NCBI RefSeq assembly: GCF_000315625.1
Contig: NW_005434661.1
Span: 892,345-956,344 of the forward strand
Source of the DNA: Guillardia theta CCMP2712
Lineage: Eukaryota > Protista > Cryptophyta
Reading direction: 5' to 3'
DNA: 64,000 bases
How positions within the stretch are numbered: position 1 is the first letter of the stretch; each line of letters begins with the position of its first letter. The notes beneath the pieces are model-generated. The model saw nothing but the letters and a program-made list of their open reading frames with translations. It did no database searches and was not told the DNA's origin. The translations under genes were made by a program, and so were the position numbers. Positions 44,886 through 56,200 of this stretch are shown here, in pieces.

Positions 44886-47261
44886 ATGCTGCTCGAGTCT
44901 GTCTCACAAACTCATGATATGATCAAGAGCTGCAAAGGCAAGGAGCAGATGCAATGGCTGACTACACAACTTGAGAAGAAGGAGCTCGAGCAGAAGTATG
45001 CGGTTGAGAAGAAGGAGCTCGAGCAGAAGTATGCGGTTGAGAAGAAGGAGCTCGAGCAGAAGTATGCGGTTGAGAAGATGGAGAGCGAGCAGAAGTATGC
45101 GGTTGAGAAGAAGGAGCTCGAGCAGAAGATCGAGAGCTGCAAAAACCAGGAGCAGATGCAATGGCTGACTACACAACTTGAGAAGAAGGAGAGCGAGCAG
45201 AAGTATGCGGTTGAGAAGAAGGAGCTCGAGCAGAAGTATGCGGTTGAGAAGAAGGAGCTCGAGCAGAAGTATGCGGTTGAGAAGATGGAGAGCGAGCAGA
45301 AGTATGCGGTTGAGAAGAAGGAGCTCGAGCAGAAGATCGAGAGCTGCAAAAACCAGGAGCAGATGCAATGGCTGACTACACAACTTGAGAAGAAGGAGCT
45401 CGAGCTGAAGTATGCGGTTGAGAAGAAGGAGCTCGAGCTGAAGTATGCGGTTGAGAAGAAGGAGCTCGAGCAGAAGTATGCGGTTGAGAAGAAGGAGCTC
45501 GAGCAGAAGATCGAGAGCTGCAAAGACCAGGAGCAGAAGCGAAGGCTGACTACACAACTTGAGACGAAGGAGAGCGAGCTGAAGAATGCGGTTGAGACCA
45601 AGGAGCGCGAGCTCAAAGTGGAGAAGAAGGAGCTCGAGCAGAAATTCTTGATTCACAATTATATGGCTGGAGGTCGCTTACAGACAGGAGAAATAATGAA
45701 GTCGACTTCCGTGATTGATGCAATGGAGGATCGTTTTGTGTACGATGAAACGAAGTTGTTTTTGGATATATCGGCAGACAGTGGGAAGGAGTCTGGGTTA
45801 CGAGCATTTGAGGACGAGGATGTAAAGGAGAAGGGCATGAGAATTTTCAGCAGAAAGGGACTTCGGGAGCAGATGGACTTCATGCAAAAAAGAGTCATGC
45901 AAGCAGGAAGTTTGGGCTGGGTGTTGGGGGCACCAGGGACGGGAAAGTCTCTTACAGGCCTTGCATTCGCACTCTCCATTGACAGGGAGGTCTGGGGGGT
46001 GAGTTGGATGCATATCTCTCCCTATCCTGCAAAGGCTGTTCAGTGGATCGCTGCAAGGAAAACTGTATATGAAGCTGAATTGCAGACGACAAATGATGAC
46101 TTTCTGTATGCTCTTCTGAATGGTGTGGATGATGATTCTCAGCATGTATTCGTACTGGATGGTTTCCTGCAAGACTCGCACAAAATGTTGCAGCATATGT
46201 TGATGAGATGGCGTGAAAAAAAGAAAGAGAATAGAAGAGTGCTCTTTATTTCATCGATGCAGACCAGGTACAAGGTGAAGTGGGAAGATGATCAGGTTTG
46301 GGGCGTGGAGGTATTTCTCCTTGAGTCATGGAGACTGGAAGAGTATCAAGAGGCAGTGATGGACGACCTGTTCTACTCTTCTGTTGAAAGGAAATTAGAT
46401 GCAAACTTGTCTCGAGGATCGGTTGCTCAACGGTCATTTTCGAGCAATCTGAGCCGAGAAGATCGAATACTGTCCAAGTATTATTATGCAGGAGGATCGT
46501 CAAGATACATGTTTCAGATGAGTAGTCAACAGATTATCGACGACGTTTCTAACACTATCAAAAACGTGGGATTTCTTGAAACTCTCTCCACAAAGATAGG
46601 GCAGTACAGTGGGGCTGCAATCAATCGACTCTTTTCGATATACAAGGATCAAGACAAGTCAGAATATACTGTATTCTTAAGCAGGTATCTTACAGAGAAG
46701 ATTTGCGTTCAAACAGGGTGTGAACAATTTACACGGTCTTTGGTGCATTTCTGCACAATGTATCATCCAGTTGCCAAAGGACTCATGCTTGAAGATTTGT
46801 TCTTCATGGTGGTACATCACCAAGGTTTGGCATTGCACGTGCGAGGTGAAGACGCGCAAGAAGCTTGGCAGGCTGCCCCTGTCGTGACTTGCTTGATACC
46901 TCTTACGAAAGGAGTGGTGGAGAGTCAGAGCTGCGACTTTTGGGTGCGACCACCTGATTTCAACCATCCAGGATATGATGGGGTGTTTCTTAGTAGAAGC
47001 AGGAAATTAGTACGGTTTGTACAAGTAACCGCAGCAAAAGATCATGATCTGAAACTACAATATTTCAAGGAACTCATTGACAATCTTGTTTTAGTAGGAT
47101 TTCCGGTTCAACGAATAGAAATTTGTTTCATCGTGCTCCGTAAGGATCTAGAGTGTTTCAAAGTTTCGAAGGTCTTTGGTCAAGGATCTCTTGAGCAATA
47201 TGGTTTTGCGAAAGGAAAGGAGCGAAGATCTATCAGGGTGATGGGTGTTGAGCTTATCTAA
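44886..47261 (+). CDS. Crinkler-like effector family 2, second copy, N-terminally truncated with a junction-created ATG
   Basis: 791 aa; nearly identical NTPase/REase region; lacks MPKRRR...; different repeat array. Confidence 0.75.
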   Translation: MLLESVSQTHDMIKSCKGKEQMQWLTTQLEKKELEQKYAVEKKELEQKYAVEKKELEQKYAVEKMESEQKYAVEKKELEQKIESCKNQEQMQWLTTQLEKKESEQKYAVEKKELEQKYAVEKKELEQKYAVEKMESEQKYAVEKKELEQKIESCKNQEQMQWLTTQLEKKELELKYAVEKKELELKYAVEKKELEQKYAVEKKELEQKIESCKDQEQKRRLTTQLETKESELKNAVETKERELKVEKKELEQKFLIHNYMAGGRLQTGEIMKSTSVIDAMEDRFVYDETKLFLDISADSGKESGLRAFEDEDVKEKGMRIFSRKGLREQMDFMQKRVMQAGSLGWVLGAPGTGKSLTGLAFALSIDREVWGVSWMHISPYPAKAVQWIAARKTVYEAELQTTNDDFLYALLNGVDDDSQHVFVLDGFLQDSHKMLQHMLMRWREKKKENRRVLFISSMQTRYKVKWEDDQVWGVEVFLLESWRLEEYQEAVMDDLFYSSVERKLDANLSRGSVAQRSFSSNLSREDRILSKYYYAGGSSRYMFQMSSQQIIDDVSNTIKNVGFLETLSTKIGQYSGAAINRLFSIYKDQDKSEYTVFLSRYLTEKICVQTGCEQFTRSLVHFCTMYHPVAKGLMLEDLFFMVVHHQGLALHVRGEDAQEAWQAAPVVTCLIPLTKGVVESQSCDFWVRPPDFNHPGYDGVFLSRSRKLVRFVQVTAAKDHDLKLQYFKELIDNLVLVGFPVQRIEICFIVLRKDLECFKVSKVFGQGSLEQYGFAKGKERRSIRVMGVELI

Positions 47262-50200
47262 TTGGACACTCCCATCATTTCAATATTTCAGTGGTGCTGA
47301 GTACCTGGAATTGAATCTGTTGAAGCAATCATACTTCAGTAAACATGTTTGAACCTAGAATTAGTATGACTTTTATTGCAAATACACATTCTAGTCATCT
47401 CTCTTTCTTCACCCTGATTCTCCTGTCACTGTCCGATCTCTGGCTCAACACTACGCTTCGTAACTCTGGAAACATATCTTCGTAATTCTGGAAAGCATTC
47501 GACACTGCATCAAAGCCTGTTCATATTGTCGACGGGCTTTCAAAGACATCGACTTGAAAACTGTACAGAATTATGCAGTGTTCACTGACGCAATGGTGCT
47601 GAAATCGTTACATTTTCTGCAAAACATCGGGCACGAAACGTTGAAGATAAGCGACACCGATGATAGCTTGCTACAAGTAGCGGCTAGTTATCTCAAGCTG
47701 AGCCAGCATACCATCAATACTTCTCATATACGAGCAAAGTTTACGCTTCTAGGTGACCTCTTTGGACAGAATGCAGAGGGCTTCAAAAATTGTTTCCATC
47801 ATTACTTCACCTCGTTTCGACATGGAGCAGATGCTAAAATGCATCATGATAAATTCCAGCTGCACATAGACGCGCAAAAGCTTCGAAGTCAAGCAAAGAA
47901 TCATCGGCAAAAGCACAACTCATTTTGTAAGAAAATCAGACATTGGGCCACCTCGCACTATGACACTGTTGGTGAGCTACAAGAGCAAATACACGATTAT
48001 CACTTAAGGTAACCAGCGAGCTGGAATGCACCAGAGTACTGACATGCCACCATGCAGGTATGTAAGGCCTGAACATATTAGCCAAGACCAGAACAGAACG
48101 ATTGATTACAGATGGATTGGGAGAATTTGATCCAAACAAGAGTAGGTTTCAATTCAACGAGTACTTGTCAAACCCTCAGTTATCTCTCCAACAACAAAGA
48201 AGCTACTTTTCTTTGCGCCATGTATCAATCATTTACTGAAGAATGTCAGGCACACGGTTGGCTCGGGGAGACACCCGACTGCACAGCAAGAGGCTAAACA
48301 AGGGCATGCTGCGTACACTGATATTTCCAAGAAGAATTCGTCATGGCTAACGCAGCTGGAAGTCGATGGGTGCACGGACCCTCAATCAATGGATATCATG
48401 TCAAAAATGTTCAGCAGCAAGGCCATATCGCTTCTGAATGCAGAGGGACACATTGGAACAGCAAGAATGGCAGAAGCAATGAACGGCCTTCACATCCTCA
48501 CCAAGTCTGAAAGAAGAAATCTCATTCTTAGGGCTCGAACCTGGCTTCTAAGAGATGTGGATTGGATGAGTGTGGGCAAGAAGCACATGAGGGGGTTGTC
48601 ATCAGGTGTGTTGGGTGAACAGGAGTATGACTTCAATGCACGGACGCTGTGCACAGACAGCGTTGAAAACCTCTGGCCTTTGATATGTCATTTGAACAAG
48701 AAAGATTTCTTGAGGATATTCAACAAAGCATGCACTGAGCTCTCAAAAAAATTCGATTACAATCTGCATTTTGTGTATGACCACCAAAAAAGCGAATCAT
48801 TCTTGGAAACAACGCGGGGAGAAGAAGCTTTTCAACGCAGAAGAAGGAACACGGGACAAAGAGAATGAGTGCAGGTCCCAACCTAGATCTCGTAAACTTA
48901 TACATCTCAATCTTTGGATACACGAGGAGGATTCACAGGACAAATGCCTAGATTTCAGGGACAACGAACTGTGTCTGGTTGTAGGTCTACGGAAGAAGAG
49001 ATAGAAAGGACAAAATGTCAAAAGTTAAGACGTGTACAAAGCGAACAAGTATAGAGAATGACAATTTGTATGTATCTCTGAATATAAAATGTTTGTTTTG
49101 CAATGTACAGATTTTCATTCTTGAGATATTCATCCTCGAAACAGTTTGTCGCGGACAGATCGCCATTGCGATTTGAGAGACCGTTGAGATGAATCGTACA
49201 AGATGTTTCATTCTAGGCCTGGCCCTTTCTTCGTCTGCAAGTCTCTTTGCCCCTTGTGATGCCTGGGTCCTGTCATATCTGGGTCCCGTCATCGACGTGA
49301 ACTCAGCTTCCGAGGCCAGCTGGTCTATGAGGATGGGTTTGGATCCTAGGTTCCAAAGCAGAGTACTTGCAAGCTGCTCAGCTGCCCGTGCGCGAGTACG
49401 AATCTTGGCCACAGGTGCTTCTCCTGATCGCGCTTCCGCATATTTGGAGGAGGCATGCCAGGTGCTGGGGGAGGAACCTCGGAGAGTCGGAAAGCGTTTG
49501 ACGTGGCGATATGCATGCTCCAGTAACTCCCCAGATTCTAGAACCTTCTGCGAAAGGACTCATGGAGCATGAAAGCAGCTGCAGCTGCAGCAGTTGGAAC
49601 GGGATAAAAGGGATCTTTCCAATTACTACAAGCGCCAACTGTCCGCCACCGTATCTGGTTGAGAGGCTGTCTATGAAGGTATTGGATGTTGCATCCGTCG
49701 GCAAGGATAAGGCGGTCGAATCCGCGGTAGCAGAGTTGGTGCAGAGGGACTCGAACCTGATTAAGCGAGGGCGGATCTCCATGAGTGACATGAATCAGCT
49801 GCAGCTGAAGAGGAGAAGAGATTTTTCGGAGAGCTTGCACGGCTTTTCAGCAGGAGGGTAGACTAGTGCGGGAGAGCAAAATTTAGAGGAATCTACCGAG
49901 GACACCAATGAGCCATAAAACGAGGATGATGAATCTACTAGGCCATGTCTCCTGTGTAGGCTGCACGGACAGCCTTGTGATGAACAGCATGTCTCCTGAA
50001 GAATCTGATTCTCCCAATGATATGCAGAATTATGATGCAAGACAAGAACTTCAGCCAGCTGTTGTGATTGAGCAGCCTCGGGCAATATCGCCGCTCAAGG
50101 TCGACGACACTCTTGCCACGACCACCCCAACGCCGGTTGGTTTTTCCGAAGGTTTGTGAAGCCATGCATCCTCAACACTTGAACATCTATGCAGACAACG

Positions 50201-51485
50201 AGGTGTTTGAGACGTGGCTTCGAAAAGAATACAGGGGCACTGTGGACTTCACGATCCTCCGCCCGTTCGAGTTCAAGAAAGGGAAGGGCGGCAAATACGT
50301 CATGGCGGTTTGTACCTGAAGAAGTATGTGGACGTCGGCAACAAGAAGGGCTAAACTTGCAATCACGGTGCAATGCAACGGTTGCCTTTTAACTGCAAGG
50401 AACTCCATGAATATGCAGATGCTTCTTTTGCTTTTGCTTTTCTATACTAGTGCTTCACTCCACACCAGATGTAGCACAGACTTAGTATGGCTCCATAAAA
50501 AGATGTGCAAACGATACTTGTGATCTCTGAACCTGCATCCCACTGACGAGTCCACGGCCACTTGAATGGAGCAAGTTGATGACACAGTAAGCAGGTTCAC
50601 TTGTACCTCGTGTCGTTTGTCTATTAGTCCAGCACTCGTCTCCTCCTCTGTGCTTGCTCGCATGCCAAACGAAGTAATCCGCCTTTGGCTGAAGATTGAG
50701 CAAAGTCGATGCTTGGACGTGATGTCGCTGCCGGGAGATCTCAAAACTTTCTCTCCCTTCATCACCCTCCTAGTAGGCTGCTTCATCCTGAGGTCTGCAA
50801 GAATCGTGACCTATCCCTCCATGCCTCGGAACAACGCATGATTGACTCGTCACAGAGTCTGAAACCGTGATTGGAAACTAGCTAAAACGATGAGTCAGCC
50901 AAAGCCCTTCCAGCGGCTACCCCAGGGCCGACACCATGCTGCATCTCGGTTCCGAAGTTCCAGAAGCCTGATTGCATCCACTAAAGAGCAACAACTTCGG
51001 ATGCTGTCTGCGATTCTTGCACAGCCGTGGGCGCTTCCTCGTTTGAGAACTTTCTGACGGTTCACTAATCTCAGCCGCTCGCCGCAAAGTTGCCAGCGTG
51101 CTCGCAGCCTATGTTCCGACACGATGGCAACCGGTGACTGTGCGACTGGCGCTCGGCACTGACCGCACGCTGTCTCCCGTTCCGGCGCCGGAATCGGACC
51201 TGGCGCCGGAACCGTTGAGCCGCTACGGTACCGTACGCCAAGGCCGCCACAGTGACCGTGAATAGACTTTATTTCAGATCAAACGGTCGCAAAGATGATT
51301 ATCATCAATAAGCTACACAATATCCTAAACATGTACTTGATTCAAATGATACCTGTGCCACTCTGTGCATCGCATCCGGCATCATTCTTACAAAGCGGCC
51401 GAGTCCGGGGGTCGGCTGGCTGGCAGGCCCCACCGTGCCCCTCAGCCCCCCGCCCTGCGCGCACGCCCCGGCGATCCCGCGGTCC
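44887..51485 (+). repeat. Second copy of ~6.6 kb direct duplication
   Basis: Matches 6434-13039. Confidence 0.95.
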
Positions 51486-51718
51486 GGGTGTTGAGCTTAT
51501 CTAATTGGACACTCCCATCATTTCAATATTTCAGTGGTGCTGAGTACCTGGAATTGAATCTGTTGAAGCAATCATACTTCAGTAAACATGTTTGAACCTA
51601 GAATTAGTATGACTTTTATTGCAAATACACATTCTAGTCATCTCTCTTTCTTCACCCTGATTCTCCTGTCACTGTCCGATCTCTGGCTCAACACTACGCT
51701 TCGTAACTCTGGAAACAT
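51486..51718 (+). repeat. Third partial copy of the family-2 gene 3' end/UTR
   Basis: Matches 47243-47475 (shares the ttttattgc allele with copy 2 rather than ttttcttgc of copy 1). Confidence 0.9.
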
Positions 51719-52094
51719 TCAACTGGCAAGATACTAACGATGTGTGACACATAGATAGCACGGAAAGCGTTTGACGTGGCGATATGCATGCTGCGAGGTC
51801 AAGAGAACGACAGCATAGGACGCACGAGCGTAACACGTCGAGAAGGGAAGAAAAGGTTGATTGTCGCAATGGAATATAATGAGTGCAATACAAGCCAACT
51901 CAAACACGTGGTATTAAACTCAATAGCGAGTTGAAAATGTACAAAAAGGTGAAAATGCGGGACTAAATGGATAGGACTTGGCAGAAATGAAATGAAATAG
52001 AATCTCGGTAATTGAGAGCGCAAGATAGATGACGATAGCATCATTGTGATCAAGAAATGCATCAAACTCTTGAACGATATTATAGAAACTCTAG

Positions 52095-52832
52095 ATCGCT
52101 ACGACATCCATTGACCTGTATGTTGCGCTGGATGTGTGCAAATCCTACATCTTGGAAGAGATATTCAGCCAATTGAAGGAGAACCAAAAACCCATCACTC
52201 GCTCCAATGTTAAGGAGACTATCATGAGGGATGAATCACTCAGAGTCGCATTCTTTGAGGATGTCCTAGGAAAGCCAAAGGACTTCAAGATCAAATCCAA
52301 GGCATACGCCAATAAATCCGCACAGGGCACTACAAAGGCCATGTATGAGGTAATGCTCCAGAGATATCTCAATCATAACACCAAGGTGTCAAAGGAGGCA
52401 TATGCTAGCATCACAGGTCAGCTTAAGTCATATATGGATAGGGTGATGCGTGCTGTGCTGGACATTAGAAAGAACAGCATCACATTGAAGGATTGCCTAG
52501 AATCTTTGCACAGGACCAACCTTGCTGTAGCAATGGCCTTCAACTACATAACAGAATACCACAACAACAAGACAGCAAAAGAGATATTGGATGCATTTGA
52601 ACCCAAGACCCCGTGTGAAATTGTTGTAGGATGCATCAATGAGATCGTGTTGCAATACGCACCAAAGAAAAAACTAGATGATGATTCAATGAGGTTGATG
52701 CATGCCGTGTTTGAGGCATACATTGCTAATATCCTTGTTGAATCCAGCATGTTAGTGACATTGCAGAAGAAGAAGACGATCAAGATCGAACACTACACCT
52801 GGCGCGTAGCCATGGTGACCCATAAACCCTAA
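52095..52832 (+). CDS. Fused histone-fold protein H2A(partial)-H4-H3, viral histone-multiplet-like; 5'-degraded
   Basis: IMRDESL ~ H2[8 protein letters not shown]; QGTTK and [23 protein letters not shown] ~ H4 QGITK and [31 protein letters not shown]...[24 protein letters not shown] aligns without gaps to H3 VREIAQDF...[24 protein letters not shown]; no in-frame ATG at the 5' end. Confidence 0.75.
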   Translation: [245 protein letters not shown]

Positions 52833-52855
52833 ACCATAAACCCTAAACCATAAAC
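52820..52855 (+). repeat. Interstitial telomere-like repeat, alternating CCATAAA/CCCTAAA x5
   Basis: ccataaaccctaaaccataaaccctaaaccataaac. Confidence 0.75.
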
Positions 52856-53239
52856 GCTGATTTAAAGTTTTAGGAAGCTTTGATGTTGTTTGGCCGCGTA
52901 TGGCCTCGCTTAGGAGTCCAGCGTCGCTCTCCGCCTCCTGCTCAAACTTAACTGATACCTTGAAAACTTATTTCACCCGGGTGACCTGGGCAGCAGCGGA
53001 AGCCCCGTCGGCCCGGCAAGAGACTGCCAGTGTGCCATCATCATGGCGACACTGAACTACTTGCTGCCCGGCCATGGATCCGATTTGTGAGTTGGACTTT
53101 CCCAGGCTGGATCACTTGGCCTTGAAGCCCCACCTCAGTGGTACAATGGTCTTCTCGGCTTTCGTTACGTAATATTTTATTGAGAGTGGGCATGCGGTGG
53201 TGGCAAACATCGAAGTTCGACACAAAGACATTCTTCGTT

Positions 53240-56200
53240 CATCTCAAGCCTGAGTTCCGATGATCGTCGGAGTCAGAAACATATTCACACACCCAAGCAA
53301 CGCCGCGACCTGGCATGCTCATCCAGAGATGTAACAAACAGTAAGACTTCACGAACAGTATCTTGAACCTTCGCAGGACGCGATTCAGAGATAAATGGAA
53401 GATTCTATTCCCATTACCTGTGTCGACAGATCGATTTGGAATGAGAAATATCGCTTTGACTTTGGAGGAATCCGGACCTGAAACAAACGAAGTGAGTTGA
53501 AAACCTAACATGTGGCAGGTTAAACCTCAGAAAATTGCTTTCCATGAAACTTGAGAATGTCTGGGAAGTTGCCTCCTGCGTTACAGAGATTCACTTTTTG
53601 AAGCAACGAGACGTTGGTAGGAAGTTACTCATTCTGAATCGCCTCTCATGATCGTAGGGATTGGAGTATGAAATCTTCTTGTTCGAGATCTGCTAATGAA
53701 TAAGTTTCCCACGATGTTTCTCAAGCATCGACAAACCTTCCCCGCAACCAGTGTGATCTTGTACCTGTAGATGCCAACCCGTCACCCTTCTGCAAGGAAT
53801 TCAAGTTGTTCTGGCATACCGCTGGGAGATGTGTGGTTTGCAGGCTACTGCGGTCAAGATGCACGTGTACAATCCCTACACAGGAGAAATGATCAGGCTC
53901 AAAGCGCAGATCAAAATCAAAGAACTTGCCTTTGGTCTTTCATTGGCTTGTGCACATACCACCTTGAATATCGCTTGACACGGCCCTTCCTATTGCTTCA
54001 TCACGATATTAAGAACAAAAAACAGAATCCCACTTTGTTGGGCTTGAACTCTATACAAAGTTTCCATCTGTTCGACTGTGCATTCCCCTGTTGACTGATA
54101 TGTTCTTCTTTGCTTGTAACAATGGCTCCCCGAAGCGTATCGGGCTTAGAGGAGAAGAACTTCATGTCGTCGACACTAAATCGAGTAGTTAGTCACATTG
54201 AAAGGATTATAGCTGATTGTACCTGTAAAATCCAGAAGGGAAGGTAGACAAAGGAAGGATCTTTGGCTCTTGTTCAACCTGTTCAAGAGTAAGCATTTTT
54301 CTCATCAGCATCGTAATTGGTTATAGATCAAACCTGGCCGAGCCGACCTTTGATAGCATATCTGGGCACAATTTGCACTCTAAATTTGAAGATGCATAAT
54401 AGATTGGCTATCAGAACAAAAATTTGTCACAATGGGAAAGTGATTCTCCATGCCGATTACCAAGGTATCTGTCACCATAAACAAAAAGGTGAAAAGAATG
54501 CATTTGAAATTGTGAGTTCAATCGCGCCTTTAGCCTGATTTCCTGTACATTGAATGAGTGGGTGGTATGTCCTTGTTTAAAATCAGAACGATCGCTCACA
54601 TGCAAATTTGGGAATTTGGTTCCCCGTGTCGTTGCGATGATATTGATTTTCTCATTTTCAGACATAGCGTGCAAGTTTGAATCATGAAAGGTTCCTCGCC
54701 AAGGAGAATTCTGATCGATCAACACATTTTTGCTGAAAATTTCATTATAGCCTTGATAAAATGAAAATGTTCGATCGATCACAGGATGAGTTGTATTGAC
54801 ACGCAGTTGCAAGCCCGAAACATCTTCAAAATGATCACCAACACTACTCTTCACTTGAAATGTAACCAGAACATCTTTCGATTTACAAAACGAAGCCTCT
54901 ACTTTTGTTGCATTGCTGGTGCACTCATTACCCATACTTGAGACTGAGAAATTGAGGGTTCGAAATTTGAAGACAAAGCTGATTTCTTCCTTCGATGTCA
55001 TCCAGACATCATAAGTATGAACATTTACTGGTGATTCTTGTCCGTTTACGATGGATACTTTTTCAGCCAGGTATCCATCAAGATTTTGATTCAAGTCAAT
55101 CAAATTTGAATGAGCAAGAAATTCCAACTCTTCTTTATCTGTTACAAGGTCCAAGTCAGTATCTTGGATGACCACTCTGAAAATTCTGTGATTGTCGTAT
55201 GGATTTTGAAAGGAGTGAAGAAAATATTTCGATGGCCCAGAGTGGCAATTCAGAGTCAGTTTCGAAATCAATGATGTTTGCAAATAAGATGAAACTTTTT
55301 GCTCTCGATACTTGTCATGATGATACTGGGCATTTTCGATAACTGCATCAGCCTGTGGAAGAGGCAATGATCCTGCACCTTCCGCTTCCAATCTCCTTCG
55401 TATCATTTGAGTTCGCTTCCATCTCAGGAGTTTTTTCCTATGACTAGTTGTTTCAGGGTCTGCAACATCGTTTCTCCTCTCATTCTCTAGGTAAACAGCC
55501 ACACCAAACCATCCAAAAAATCGAGACTTTGGAACACCTTCGTTGCTGTTCTTGCCCATCAAAGTCAAGTTCTCACTTAGGAGGTAATGTGGTCCATCGA
55601 AGTGTATGTTGGCCTCTTTCATTGTTTCCAAAAGGTCATCTTGACGATATTCCTCGTTCTGTGAAAGAATTTCCCATGCTCGATCCAAGTTCCCGTAGGC
55701 AGACGCAAAGAATGTCAACAACTTGGAGTTCAAGTCCAAAAGTAATCTCTGTTCGTGTTGTGAACATCCAGAATTGAGAATTAAAGAATCAAAACCTGCT
55801 TGTATGCAAGAAATATCTATTAAATCCTCAGAAATTCCAATCGAATTGGCGGTTTGCATGTGCTCTTGCAGAAATGTCTGATGAAGAGCATTGCATATTT
55901 CGTTAGCCTGACGCTGCGTGAATTGTATACCTACATCAAACACAGCCTTTATCAATTCATCTTTGGACATTTTGGTGCTACGGGTCTCAAAAATCAAGTT
56001 TTGATCTCCATTCTGTGTCTTTGACCGGCGAACAAGCTCTTGAATCTCTTGAATCTTGCCGTGTATCAATGCAAGACACTTCCAGTCATGTTCGTGATCT
56101 GAAGTCCTTCTCTGAAAACCGATGCTATCTTCAATTTCAAAGATAGTTCGTTTCGGAGGACTGTCTTGTTTGGATACGATTTCATTTTCATCTGCCGTGC

